From: an uncultured Candidatus Saccharibacteria bacterium
Lineage (GTDB): Bacteria; Patescibacteriota; Minisyncoccia; GWC2-36-17; CAYHJU01
Length of the DNA stretch: 64,000 nucleotides
Assembly: GCA_964357175.1 (NCBI GenBank)
Contig: CAYHJU010000002.1
Location: forward strand, 598 to 64,597
Direction of reading: 5' to 3'
The translations under genes were made by a program, and so were the position numbers. Under the pieces are notes generated by a model. The model made no database searches. It had not been told where the DNA came from and saw only the letters and a list, made by a program, of their open reading frames with translations. Shown piece after piece: positions 38,074 through 48,354 of the stretch; within the stretch, counting starts at the first letter, position 1, and the number at the start of each line of letters is the position of its first letter.

Positions 38074-38251
38074 ATGGTTCTATAAGCTTTCGACCGCTCG
38101 TGATATCCTCCCAGTAGAATCGCGACAGAGCATCGTAATAACTCACAAGGTTGAATGCAATGTCGTGGAGGTCTTGATCATTCACTTCTTGGCCAAAGTC
38201 TTTCTTGAGAATCGCTCGGAGTTTTTCCAGCGTTTCCGGTTTTAACTTCAT
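38042..38251 (-). CDS. small hypothetical island protein
   Basis: 69-aa ORF. Confidence 0.25.
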   Translation of the reverse strand: MKLKPETLEKLRAILKKDFGQEVNDQDLHDIAFNLVSYYDALSRFYWEDITSGRKLIEPYDTVPERQTT

Positions 38252-38253
38252 AT

Positions 38254-38505
38254 TTATTCGTGGACATAGATCCTGGCTTTGGCGATTTTGATTTGGTTAA
38301 AGAACGCTTGAGGTTCGACCACAAGCTCTCGTTTCCAAAAACTGTCCATAAGCTTTTCGAGCTTGCGGTCAGTTTTAAATCCAAAGAGGACCTTATGCGG
38401 ATTTGTCCGATCCACGACCTCAAGAGATTCGGGCATTAATAATAAAAGCACCGCGATCAATGCCAGATCGGCGGTCTTGAAACTCTCACTTTGTTTGATT
38501 GGCAT
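38254..38505 (-). CDS. small hypothetical island protein
   Basis: 83-aa ORF. Confidence 0.25.
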   Translation of the reverse strand: MPIKQSESFKTADLALIAVLLLLMPESLEVVDRTNPHKVLFGFKTDRKLEKLMDSFWKRELVVEPQAFFNQIKIAKARIYVHE

Positions 38506-38651
38506 ATCATTTCATTTTTTTACTCTCACACATTTACATTTTGCCAATCCATACCTATCTCTTGGAATAATGTCCGGGTGTAGTTTGCCAACAAAAAAGA
38601 GCCCTATTTCAGGCTCTCCCATTGAAGTTATTAACTACACCGACTATTACG

Positions 38652-39344
38652 CTACAGTATTTTTATTTTATATTCTGGATTTAGGCGATAACCATTGCCG
38701 TCACGACCAACAATAAGATCAGATACGCCGATCCGACTTTCTGCTTTTCCGTTTATTTCCAGTTTGGAATTCCTGATCGCTTGGGTAGTAGTGCCAACCA
38801 TTTCGGCCAATTCAGCCGTCTTAACGAAACCCTTGGCCGAGCATAAAACTTTTATTAGTTTCTCTCGCATTTTCTCTTTGCTCATTGGGTAGCATTTTTG
38901 TTTATTGGATTCCAAATATAAATCACCGTCCGGTGAGAGGCAAAGCAGAATTCGCTTGTCTTTAGATGTTTTTTGTTTGGACCGTATCTTTTGGCTCTGG
39001 TCGTAGAAACCTTTAGCCATTTCTCGGCCAATCTGAGCTAGGCTTTGCTTGCTCAATTCTTTTAATTCATTTTTTAAATCGGCGATAGTCTTATTGGTTT
39101 CTTTTTTGTAATTATCAAACGAGGCTTCGGTTTTATTTAATCTATCTTTTAATTCGGCAAATTCAGTATCATGTTTGTTTACGATCTCGTCCGGATTCTG
39201 AATGCCATTGTTTTTTAAAGCAGTTACAACAATATTTTTAACTACACCCAACGAGAAATGATAGGTAGTGTTTACTCCCACAGACTGCTTGATATTGAAT
39301 TTATGTTTGGTGGTCAAAGTGACCTTTTTCATTTTCATAGTCAT
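38652..39344 (-). CDS. hypothetical island protein with C-terminal HTH-like segment
   Basis: 230 aa. 'VKTAELAEMVGTTTQAIRNS'. Confidence 0.35.
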   Translation of the reverse strand: MTMKMKKVTLTTKHKFNIKQSVGVNTTYHFSLGVVKNIVVTALKNNGIQNPDEIVNKHDTEFAELKDRLNKTEASFDNYKKETNKTIADLKNELKELSKQSLAQIGREMAKGFYDQSQKIRSKQKTSKDKRILLCLSPDGDLYLESNKQKCYPMSKEKMREKLIKVLCSAKGFVKTAELAEMVGTTTQAIRNSKLEINGKAESRIGVSDLIVGRDGNGYRLNPEYKIKIL

Positions 39345-39563
39345 ATTTTTACTGGATGTAAGCTTAATCCTTACTCCCAGTGCATTTTTTAGTGAATGGG
39401 ACCCATTTTATGCCATCCATTCACTAATCTTTGGATGTTTGCGGACATAATCGCATATAGATTGGCTATATCTGATTATTAAGGCTTGCATCAAAATACA
39501 TTATAGCATATAATATAAACTATACATAACATTTTTTGTAATGTTCTAAATTTAAGGAAAACT

Positions 39564-40160
39564 ATGGCCAAAATAGATATCATGAATTCAATACTTCGGT
39601 CAAAGCAAACGGTTTTTACTTTTAAAGAGGTAAACCTGCTTACTGATGGCCAAACTAGTCCTGCTTTGATGTATCGCCGAATAAGTTACTACATTAAAAA
39701 GGGTGCTCTCATCTCTCTCCGCCGTGGTGTTTACGCTAAAGATAAAAATTACGATAAGTTTGAGCTCGGAAATAAAATCTTTATCCCATCTTATATCAGT
39801 TTTGAAACCGTGCTTGCCAAAGCCGGAGTCGTTTTCCAGTTTTACGGACAAATTTTTGTCGCTACATATTTAACACGGGAGGTTAAAATTGGTGATCAGC
39901 TTTATTCTTATAAAAAAATTAAGAATCAAGTACTGGAACGAACAGACCACCCCACCGGAATTGAACATCGTGGTACATATTCCATCGCTACTCCGGAGCG
40001 TGCCTTTTTAGATGTTGTTTACCTTTCCAAAGATTATCACTTTGATAATTTATCGGCTTTGAATTGGGAAAAGGTTTTTGAAATTTTACCGATTTACGAA
40101 AACAAACAGATGGAAGAACGGGTTAAAAAGTATTACGAGTATTATCGGGAAAACCGGTAG
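39564..40160 (+). CDS. AbiEi-family (type IV TA antitoxin-like) winged-HTH transcriptional regulator, no AbiEii partner
   Basis: N-terminus 'FTFKEVNLL...SPALMYRRISYYIKKGALISLRRGVYA' matches the AbiEi_4 pattern. Confidence 0.5.
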   Translation: MAKIDIMNSILRSKQTVFTFKEVNLLTDGQTSPALMYRRISYYIKKGALISLRRGVYAKDKNYDKFELGNKIFIPSYISFETVLAKAGVVFQFYGQIFVATYLTREVKIGDQLYSYKKIKNQVLERTDHPTGIEHRGTYSIATPERAFLDVVYLSKDYHFDNLSALNWEKVFEILPIYENKQMEERVKKYYEYYRENR

Positions 40161-40188
40161 CCACCAAAAACATAATTATGACTATGAT

Positions 40189-43137
40189 ATGAAAATTACA
40201 GACCACCAAGCAAAATATTTCGCCTATGAATTGACCAAGCGTTGTGCTTCGGATAGTTTAGAGAAATTATCATCTACACTTTCTAACGCTCAAGTTGATC
40301 TTAATCCTCATCAGATTGAGGCGGCACTTTTTGCTTTTCGCTCGCCCCTTTCTAAGGGTGCGATATTGGCTGACGAGGTTGGTCTTGGAAAAACCATTGA
40401 GGCCGGACTGGTGCTCTCGCAAAAATGGGCGGAAAGGAAAAGAAAGATTTTATTGATCGTGCCATCGAGCCTACGCAAACAGTGGAATTCTGAACTTCAA
40501 GAAAAATTCTTTTTGCCGTCCATTATTTTAGAAACAAAATCTTTTAATCAATATATCAACGCCGGTAATTTAAACCCGTTTGAACAAGAAAATACTATAA
40601 TCATTTGCTCTTACCATTTTGCTCGAGCAAAAGCCCCATACATAAAAAAGGTTAAATGGGATTTGACGGTAATCGATGAAGCCCATCGCCTCCGCAATAT
40701 TTATAAAACCAGCAATAAAATTGCTAGGGATATCAAAGAGGCGTTATCCGAATCTCCCAAGATTCTCTTAACCGCTACGCCACTGCAAAATTCGCTACTT
40801 GAGCTTTACGGTCTTGTTAGTATTATTGACGACCATGTTTTTGGCGATCTAACCAGTTTTAAAGTTAACTACGCTCGGCTTTCTCGCGAGCAGGATGTCT
40901 ACGAAGGCGAGCTTGGCATGGTTGAACCTCGCCAAGAAATGTTTACTGATCTGAGAAATAGATTAAAACCAGTTTGTATTCGCACACTTCGAAGACAGGT
41001 TTTGGAATATATAAAATACACCAAGCGTATTCCGCTCACGCAGAACTATATTCCGACTGAACAGGAAATTGAGCTTTATGAGGGCATGTCCGGCTATTTA
41101 CAAAGACCGAAGCTTTTTGCTTTGCCTAATAGCCAAAGACAACTTATAACTTTAATACTCCGCAAGCTACTCGCTTCATCGTCTTTTGCAATTGCCAGCA
41201 CGCTTGATGGTTTGGTTTTTAAACTTGGCAAGCTTACGGAAAAAGCGGAGAAACAAAAAATCGTGGAAGAAATTGGTGTAGAAGGTCTTGATCAAAACTT
41301 TGAAGGCTTTGAGGAAATATCTGATGAATGGATTGATGACGAAGAGGACGACAGTGACGATAAGGATACTAAAGATAAGAAAGTAAAATATACCGACGAA
41401 GATATTGAGCTGATGAAGCAGGAAAAAATTGACCTGGAACACTTTCGTGATTTGGCAAAAAGTATTTGGAAAAATTCCAAAGGAGATGCTTTACTAACGG
41501 CCATTAAGCAAGGTTTTAAAATGACGGAAGAATTGGGGGCTAAGAAAAAAGCTATCATCTTTACCGAATCCACGATTACTCAAAATTATCTCTTGAAGTT
41601 ACTTTCCGATGACGGATATCAGGATAAGATTGTTTTATTTAACGGCTCAAACAACGACGAGAAATCAAAACAGGTCTATTCCGCTTGGGTAAAGGCCAAT
41701 AAAGATACGGATAAAATTACCGGCTCAAAGACAGCCGATATGCGTGCGGCCTTGGTGGAATATTTCCGAGACGAGGCTGAAATTATGATCGCTACCGAAG
41801 CGGCGGCCGAAGGTGTAAACCTGCAATTTTGTTCTCTTTTGATTAACTACGATCTCCCCTGGAATCCACAACGCATCGAACAGCGTATTGGTCGCTGTCA
41901 TCGTTATGGTCAAAAACATGATGTGGTGGTGATTAACTTTGTAAACTTAAAAAACGCAGCTGACCAGCGTGTCTATGAATTGCTGGATCAAAAGTTTAAT
42001 TTATTTAAAGGTGTTTTTGGTGCGAGCGACGAAGTGCTTGGCAACATAGAGTCTGGTGTTGATTTTGAAAAGCGAATTGCCGGTATTTATCAAACTTGCC
42101 GAACCGAGGATGAAATCAACGGGGCTTTTGATTCCTTGCAAAAAGAGATGGACACTACCATTCAAAGCAATCTCAAAGATACTCGCCAAAAATTGCTGGA
42201 AAACTTTGATGCCGAAGTCCACGAAAAGTTAAAGATGAATCTCAAGGAGAGCGAAACTTATTTAAATACCTATAATCAATGGCTTTGGGATGTTACCAGA
42301 TTTTATCTTGGTGACAATGCTGATTTTTCCGAACATGAGTATTCTTTTGTGCTCAAGAATAATCCCTTTTCCAATGAGCAAATAGACCCGGGACCGTACA
42401 AGATTGGCAAAAGCGTTGATGATGCCCATATCTATCGCCCCGCTCATTCTTTAGCACAAAGAATTTTAAACGAGGTAAAAACAAAGAACACCGAAGAAGT
42501 GGAGATTGTTTTTGATTATTCCAACACACCCGGAATTGTTTCCGTGCTTGAACCGCTGGTTGGTAAAAGTGGAATACTTAAGGTTTCTAATTATAAAGTG
42601 GAATCTTTTGAAGAAGAGGATATCGTGATAGCAACGGCAGTTGACGACGCCGGTGAAGTGGTAGATTCGGAAGTAGCTAAAAAACTATTTTCTATTTCCG
42701 CTCAAAAGACAGATAAAGCCGTGATCACCAAAGAACAAAAAGAAAAACTGGAAGAGCTGGAAAGCGGATCGGTTGGTCTAACCTCCCAGAGAATTGCCGA
42801 ACGCAATAGCGACTTTTTTGATAATGAAGTAGACAAGCTTGATAAATGGGCCGAGGATATGAAAAAGGCTCTTGAGCTTGATCTGAAAAAACTCGATGTT
42901 GATATTAAAATTTCTAAGACCAATGCCAAGAAAATTCTCAATCTTGATGAAAAACTGAAAGCTCAACGCGGTATCAAAGATATGGAAAAGAAACGCAATG
43001 AGATGCGTAAAAAATTATACGAAGCACAGGATACCGTAGAAGGCCGAAAGGAAAAGCTTATTGAGCAAGTCGAATCTCAATTGAAACAGAAATCAAAACT
43101 TGAGTCGTTGTTTACGATTCGGTGGAGGGTGGTTTAA
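40189..43137 (+). CDS. SNF2-family (DEAH-box) helicase with C-terminal coiled-coil
   Basis: Motif I 'DEVGLGKT'. Motif II 'VIDEAHRLRN'. SNF2 motif 'LLTATPLQNSLLELYGL'. Helicase-C 'LINYDLPWNPQRIEQRIGRCHR'. Start set at the internal ATG at 40189, after the AbiEi-like stop. Confidence 0.8.
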   Translation: MKITDHQAKYFAYELTKRCASDSLEKLSSTLSNAQVDLNPHQIEAALFAFRSPLSKGAILADEVGLGKTIEAGLVLSQKWAERKRKILLIVPSSLRKQWNSELQEKFFLPSIILETKSFNQYINAGNLNPFEQENTIIICSYHFARAKAPYIKKVKWDLTVIDEAHRLRNIYKTSNKIARDIKEALSESPKILLTATPLQNSLLELYGLVSIIDDHVFGDLTSFKVNYARLSREQDVYEGELGMVEPRQEMFTDLRNRLKPVCIRTLRRQVLEYIKYTKRIPLTQNYIPTEQEIELYEGMSGYLQRPKLFALPNSQRQLITLILRKLLASSSFAIASTLDGLVFKLGKLTEKAEKQKIVEEIGVEGLDQNFEGFEEISDEWIDDEEDDSDDKDTKDKKVKYTDEDIELMKQEKIDLEHFRDLAKSIWKNSKGDALLTAIKQGFKMTEELGAKKKAIIFTESTITQNYLLKLLSDDGYQDKIVLFNGSNNDEKSKQVYSAWVKANKDTDKITGSKTADMRAALVEYFRDEAEIMIATEAAAEGVNLQFCSLLINYDLPWNPQRIEQRIGRCHRYGQKHDVVVINFVNLKNAADQRVYELLDQKFNLFKGVFGASDEVLGNIESGVDFEKRIAGIYQTCRTEDEINGAFDSLQKEMDTTIQSNLKDTRQKLLENFDAEVHEKLKMNLKESETYLNTYNQWLWDVTRFYLGDNADFSEHEYSFVLKNNPFSNEQIDPGPYKIGKSVDDAHIYRPAHSLAQRILNEVKTKNTEEVEIVFDYSNTPGIVSVLEPLVGKSGILKVSNYKVESFEEEDIVIATAVDDAGEVVDSEVAKKLFSISAQKTDKAVITKEQKEKLEELESGSVGLTSQRIAERNSDFFDNEVDKLDKWAEDMKKALELDLKKLDVDIKISKTNAKKILNLDEKLKAQRGIKDMEKKRNEMRKKLYEAQDTVEGRKEKLIEQVESQLKQKSKLESLFTIRWRVV

Positions 43138-43229
43138 GGTTTTCAGTTATTTCCAAAATGGAAATAACTGAGTTGTCCGGAAATTCCGGAATACTGATAA
43201 AATAATTAACATTAATTAACTTAAAAAAT

Positions 43230-44069
43230 ATGTCATCAGAAAACAATAAACTTATAGCAATTTTTGAAGAACATCCCGTCCGCCGTACTTGGGATGAAAA
43301 GCAAGAAAAATGGTATTTTAGTGTGATTGATATTATTGCTATTTTAACTGGCAGCTCAATCCCCAAAAGATACTGGGCAGATTTAAAAAAGAAGCTAAAA
43401 ACAGAAGGTAGTCAGGTGTACGAAAATATCGTACAACTGAAATTATTAGCTAAAGATGGCAAAAAGTACCTTGCCGATGTGGCCGATGTTGAAGCTATTT
43501 TTCGTCTTGTCCAATCCGTACCCTCTCCCAAGGCCGAACCTCTCAAATTATGGCTGGCTAAAGTCGGTTATGAAAGAATGCAGGAAACTGTTGATCCAGA
43601 GTTATCAATTAGTCGTGGTCGCAAGAATTGGCAATTGATGGGAAGAAGTCAAAAATGGGTTGAGCAAAGAATGTTAAGCGTGGAAACAAGAAATAAATTG
43701 ACTGATTACTGGTCTGATCACGGGATAGAAAAAGGTGAAGAATTTGCCAAGCTTACAAATGTTATTCATCAAGAATGGAGCGGTCTTTCAGTAAAGAGCC
43801 ATAAAAATATTAAGAAACTGAAGTCTCAGAATTTGCGTGATCATATGAGTGAGGCTGAATTAATCTTTACCGCTTTGGCGGAACTTTCTACGAGACAGAT
43901 TTCCGAAACAGAAAAAGCGGAAGGATATGGGCAGAACGAGGTGGCCGCTCGAAAGGGTGGAAAAATTTCCGGTAATGCGCGTGAAGCGTTGGAACAGCAA
44001 ACCGGTAAAAAGGTCGTTAACTCTGATAATTATTTACCGAATAAAAAAGAGCCAAAGAAATTAAAATAA
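43230..44069 (+). CDS. DinD-like (DNA-damage-inducible protein D family) protein
   Basis: Recalled similarity to E. coli DinD across the length, e.g. 'LRDHMSEAELIFTALAELSTRQISETEKAEGYG' against DinD 'ILDHMGSTELAANLFRATQTEEKLKRDG'. Confidence 0.55.
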   Translation: MSSENNKLIAIFEEHPVRRTWDEKQEKWYFSVIDIIAILTGSSIPKRYWADLKKKLKTEGSQVYENIVQLKLLAKDGKKYLADVADVEAIFRLVQSVPSPKAEPLKLWLAKVGYERMQETVDPELSISRGRKNWQLMGRSQKWVEQRMLSVETRNKLTDYWSDHGIEKGEEFAKLTNVIHQEWSGLSVKSHKNIKKLKSQNLRDHMSEAELIFTALAELSTRQISETEKAEGYGQNEVAARKGGKISGNAREALEQQTGKKVVNSDNYLPNKKEPKKLK

Positions 44070-44070
44070 T

Positions 44071-45699
44071 ATGACTAATAAAAAGCAAAAACTAGAGTTA
44101 ACTTGGATCGGCAAGGACGAGGAATTAAAACTCGAGCCAAGGATTTTGATTGAGGACCCAAGCAAGTCCTATGGTGATAAGTCTTCCGAGAATATGCTTA
44201 TTCACGGCGACAACCTCCTTGCGCTCAAAGCTCTTGAGCAAGACTTTGCCGGCCGAATAAAATGTATCTACATCGATCCGCCGTATAATACCGGGAATGC
44301 ATTTGAACACTATGATGACGGAATTGAACATTCCACTTGGCTCAATTTAATAAAACCAAGATTAGAGATTTTAAAAAACCTATTAACAAAAGATGGAGTA
44401 ATATTTATATCTATTGACGAAGAAGAACAGGCGTATTTAAAGGTTCTTTGTGATGAAGTCTTTGAGAGAAAAAACTTTTGTGGAACGTTTATTTGGGAAA
44501 AAAAGAAAAAGCCATCGTTTCTCTCAAATATGGGTTCGATCACAGAGTTTATCTTATCGTATGCAAAAAATAAAACGTTAGCACCAAATTTCATTTATGG
44601 TGAGACGACGAAGAATAAAAAGTATCCTATCAACAATGCCGGGAATGGTGTAAGAATTTTAAAGTTTAAAGCCGGATCAGTTAACTTTAATATTAAAGAT
44701 GGTTTTATCGAGCCACAGGATATGTCGTCAGGAAATATTTTGACCAAATTATTGGATAGAGTTGAAATACGAAATGCTAAAAACGTTAGTGATTTTAGTC
44801 TTGAGGGTGAATGGCGATATTCTCAAACCAAACTTGATGAACTTATTGAAAGTAACGAGAAAATTTTAATTAGCCAAATTCCTTTTAGACCAAACCACAT
44901 AAAAACTGGCGGAGAGCCTAAGAAAATGAAGAATCTTTTAAGCATCGCTCATTATGATATGGCGACATATGAAGATTCAACGGCGGAGAGTATTAAAATT
45001 TTTGGTGACAATCCATTTGATTACCCTAAGCCTGAAAAATTATTGTATACACTTATTTCATCTGTTACTTCTGAAAATGATTTTGTTCTAGATAGTTTTC
45101 TCGGTTCAGGAACTACCGTCGCCGTAGCTCAGAAAATGGGAAGAAAATATATAGGAGTTGAACTCGGCAACCATGCTTATACGCACTGCGTTCCGAGACT
45201 CAAAAAAGTTATTGACGGCACTGATGGCCTTAAACTTTCGGAAGAGCTTGGATGGACAGGTGGAGGTGGATTCAAGTTTTATAATCTTGCCTCAAGCCTG
45301 CTTCGCAAAGATTCTTTCGGCAACTTCGTGATTGATGAAAACTATAATGCCAATATGTTGGCGGCCGCTATGTGTAAGCACGAGGGCTTTAAGTTTTATC
45401 CGGACGAGACGCTTTACTGGAAACACGGCAAATCCACCGAGACGGATTTCATTTTCGTCACTACCGGCTTTATCACTGCCGAGCAATTGGATAAAGTTCA
45501 CAGTGAGATGAAAGCTGGCGAGAGCTTGCTTATTTGCGCTAAAGCCTATGCCCCAGAATGCGAAAACCATTTTGCCAATATAACTATCAAGAAAATTCCG
45601 CAAATGATCCTCGGTCGATGCGAGTTTGGCAAAGATAATTATGATCTCAATATTATTAAAGCCACCGAAGCGGAAGCCGAGGAATCTAACGAAGAATAA
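44071..45699 (+). CDS. mod: Type III restriction-modification DNA methyltransferase (Mod, N6-adenine, beta-class)
   Basis: Motif IV 'IYIDPPYNT' precedes motif I 'DSFLGSGTT'. About 540 aa. Confidence 0.85.
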   Translation: MTNKKQKLELTWIGKDEELKLEPRILIEDPSKSYGDKSSENMLIHGDNLLALKALEQDFAGRIKCIYIDPPYNTGNAFEHYDDGIEHSTWLNLIKPRLEILKNLLTKDGVIFISIDEEEQAYLKVLCDEVFERKNFCGTFIWEKKKKPSFLSNMGSITEFILSYAKNKTLAPNFIYGETTKNKKYPINNAGNGVRILKFKAGSVNFNIKDGFIEPQDMSSGNILTKLLDRVEIRNAKNVSDFSLEGEWRYSQTKLDELIESNEKILISQIPFRPNHIKTGGEPKKMKNLLSIAHYDMATYEDSTAESIKIFGDNPFDYPKPEKLLYTLISSVTSENDFVLDSFLGSGTTVAVAQKMGRKYIGVELGNHAYTHCVPRLKKVIDGTDGLKLSEELGWTGGGGFKFYNLASSLLRKDSFGNFVIDENYNANMLAAAMCKHEGFKFYPDETLYWKHGKSTETDFIFVTTGFITAEQLDKVHSEMKAGESLLICAKAYAPECENHFANITIKKIPQMILGRCEFGKDNYDLNIIKATEAEAEESNEE

Positions 45700-45700
45700 T

Positions 45701-48352
45701 ATGAACACCAAAGCACAAGCAATTAAAAATCGTTTAAGCCTCCGCAAACCGCAAGCGGATAGTTTGGAAATTATAGAAAAACTGGCTGATGTCTTGGAAT
45801 TGAAAAAGAATGTTGATCCAGCTGGCGAGTTAGCTAAAATTCGAGCCTTATATCCGACTTGTTCTGATTTTGAACGAGACTTTCCCTCGGTTTGTTTTTC
45901 TCTGGCCACCGGCGTGGGTAAAACTCGCCTGATGGGTGCGTTTATTTCTTATCTTTATGTTGCCAAAGGTATAAAGAATTATTTTGTTCTAGCTCCCAAC
46001 CTCACGATTTATAATAAGCTCATTGACGATCTTTCCAATCTGCAAAGTCCGAAGTATGTGTTTCGTGGTATCAGTGAGTTTGCCGTTACCCCACCGCGTA
46101 TCATCACGGGCGATAATTATGCCGAAGCACGACAAAGCACGCTGTTTAAAGAAACGGTAAAGATAAATATTTTCAATATTTCCAAAATCAATTCCGAAGT
46201 CCGAGGAGGCCGTGAACCGAGAATCAAACGGCTTTCCGAATATCTTGGTGAGTCTTATTTCAACTATCTTTCCGAATTACCAGACTTGGTTTTGCTTATG
46301 GACGAATCGCATCATTATCGGGCAGACTCCGGACTAAAAGCGATTAATGAATTAAAGCCGATTTTAGGTTTAGAGCTTACTGCTACCCCGATTGATACGC
46401 ACAACAATAAATTTAAAAATGTTGTTTTTGATTATCCTTTGGCCAAAGCTTTGCAAGATGGTTTTGTAAAAGAACCGGCTATTGCGACTAGACGAGATTT
46501 TAACCCCGATCAATATCGCAATGATCCGAAAGAATTGGATTTGATAAAACTTGAGGATGGCGTGCGAATCCATGAAGACACCAAAGTAGCTTTGGATATT
46601 TATTCTCGCGATACCAATAATCGTTTGGTTCGCCCGTTTGTCTTGGTAGTGGCGAGAGATACAGATCATGCCAAAGAAATTCGGGAAATGATAGAGTCCG
46701 AAAGATTTTTTGAAGGACGCTACAAAGGCAAGGTCATGGAAATCCATTCTAATCAGCGAGGCGAAGAGAAAGAGGAAAATGTCCAGAGATTGTTGGATTT
46801 GGAAAAACCAGAAAATCCGATTGAAATTGTTGTGCATGTAAATATGCTCAAGGAAGGCTGGGATGTTACCAATCTTTACACCATTATTCCTTTGCGTGCG
46901 GCGAACTCCCAGATTCTTACTGAACAAACTATCGGCCGTGGCTTGCGCTTGCCTTATGGCGTGCGAACCGGTGTTGAAAAGGTGGACAAGCTCACTATCA
47001 TCGCCCACGATCGTTTCCAGTCCATCATTGACGCGGCCAATGATCCTAACTCTATAATCCGACAGGAAAATATTATTGAAATTGACCCGAACGCTTTGCC
47101 TGAAGCACAGGAAGTTATTACCGCTTCTTCGGTAACGGACGAAGCCTTTGCTCTTAAGCGTCAGGAAGTGGCGACTATCACAAACGAAGTGGACCGACAA
47201 AAGGCTGGCTTGGTTTTGGAAGCCGAGCAGTTGATCACTGAAGCTGTGAATGCCCTTGGTGCGAGCGTGAAAAATATCAATGACTTGAATAGCGACGAGA
47301 TTCGCAAACTGGCTTTTGAAAAAATAGTCACAAGTATTGAAAGCAACCCGCAACAAAATTTGTTTAAGTCGGCCATTGTTGAAGCGGCCAAACAAGAATA
47401 CGAGTCAGTCGTTTCTGAATTGATTGATAAGACAATCCCGATTCCGCGTGTGCTTATCCAACAAAAACACGATGTTAAATCCGGCTTTAAAGATTTTGAT
47501 CTTGATGTTGCCGGTCTTAATTACCAGCCAGTATCGGAAGAGATTATCCGCCGTACCTTGCGTACCAACGAAAGCGAAATCTTGCAAAGCGAAAGTTCCG
47601 GAGTAGAGCGTGATACTCCTGAGAACATTTTAGTGAACGAATTGATTAACTATCCGGAGGTGGATTATGATCGTGAGTCCGAGTTGTTGTACAAGCTGGC
47701 CAAACAAGCTATCGCTAAGCTTGGCAATGCCCGAAGCGAGGAAGATTTGGAAAATATTGTGCTTTATCATAAGCGAGAAATCGGCAAGTATATTTATGCT
47801 CAACTGCAACAGCATTTTTATTTGGAAAGTTCCGGCTTTGAAGAACCGTTGGTTTATCCTTTTGATCGGATAAAACCCCATAACTTTTCCAAGTACACAG
47901 CCGATAGCGTTCACCACTATACCGAGACGATCACGCCGACAAACACTATTCCCTCAAAAGTATTCAGCGGATTCAAAAAAGCCTGTCACAATCTGTACAA
48001 GTTTGATTCTAAATCTGAAAAAGATTTTGCCGCTATTTTGGAAAAGGATACGGATGTATTGAAGTGGCTCCGCCCGGCCGATTCGCAGTTCGAGCTTTAT
48101 TGGAAGTACAATTCAAAACGCTATCACCCCGACTTTGTGGTAGAGACCGCCGACACGATCTTTATGGTCGAGATTAAGGCAGAGAAAGATATTGATGATA
48201 CGGAAGTTCAAGAGAAAGCCGAGGCTGGTAAGAAATATTGCGAATCCGCTACGGTATTTAATCTAGCCAACGGAGGCAAGCAGTGGGTCTATGTTCTTAT
48301 TCCGCATACGGCTGTCGCACCGAACATGAGCTTAAAGGGGTTGTGTAAATAA
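45701..48352 (+). CDS. res: Type III restriction enzyme Res subunit (SF2 helicase + PD-(D/E)XK nuclease)
   Basis: Motif I 'ATGVGKT'. DEAH-like 'LLMDESHHY'. 'ELTATP'. C-terminal 'PDFVVE...MVEIKAEKD' nuclease motif. ATG 1 nt after the Mod stop. Confidence 0.85.
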   Translation: MNTKAQAIKNRLSLRKPQADSLEIIEKLADVLELKKNVDPAGELAKIRALYPTCSDFERDFPSVCFSLATGVGKTRLMGAFISYLYVAKGIKNYFVLAPNLTIYNKLIDDLSNLQSPKYVFRGISEFAVTPPRIITGDNYAEARQSTLFKETVKINIFNISKINSEVRGGREPRIKRLSEYLGESYFNYLSELPDLVLLMDESHHYRADSGLKAINELKPILGLELTATPIDTHNNKFKNVVFDYPLAKALQDGFVKEPAIATRRDFNPDQYRNDPKELDLIKLEDGVRIHEDTKVALDIYSRDTNNRLVRPFVLVVARDTDHAKEIREMIESERFFEGRYKGKVMEIHSNQRGEEKEENVQRLLDLEKPENPIEIVVHVNMLKEGWDVTNLYTIIPLRAANSQILTEQTIGRGLRLPYGVRTGVEKVDKLTIIAHDRFQSIIDAANDPNSIIRQENIIEIDPNALPEAQEVITASSVTDEAFALKRQEVATITNEVDRQKAGLVLEAEQLITEAVNALGASVKNINDLNSDEIRKLAFEKIVTSIESNPQQNLFKSAIVEAAKQEYESVVSELIDKTIPIPRVLIQQKHDVKSGFKDFDLDVAGLNYQPVSEEIIRRTLRTNESEILQSESSGVERDTPENILVNELINYPEVDYDRESELLYKLAKQAIAKLGNARSEEDLENIVLYHKREIGKYIYAQLQQHFYLESSGFEEPLVYPFDRIKPHNFSKYTADSVHHYTETITPTNTIPSKVFSGFKKACHNLYKFDSKSEKDFAAILEKDTDVLKWLRPADSQFELYWKYNSKRYHPDFVVETADTIFMVEIKAEKDIDDTEVQEKAEAGKKYCESATVFNLANGGKQWVYVLIPHTAVAPNMSLKGLCK

Positions 48353-48354
48353 AT

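Noticed and set aside
45292-45909. 205-aa minus-strand ORF spanning the mod/res junction
   Set aside because: It is antisense to two well-supported genes and has no recognisable motifs. Treated as a shadow ORF.
46370-47395. 341-aa ORF on the minus strand inside the Type III res gene
   Set aside because: It is entirely antisense to a CDS with clear helicase and nuclease motifs. Its composition is Ser/Arg/Phe-rich, unlike genuine proteins here, and it has no start context. Treated as a shadow ORF.
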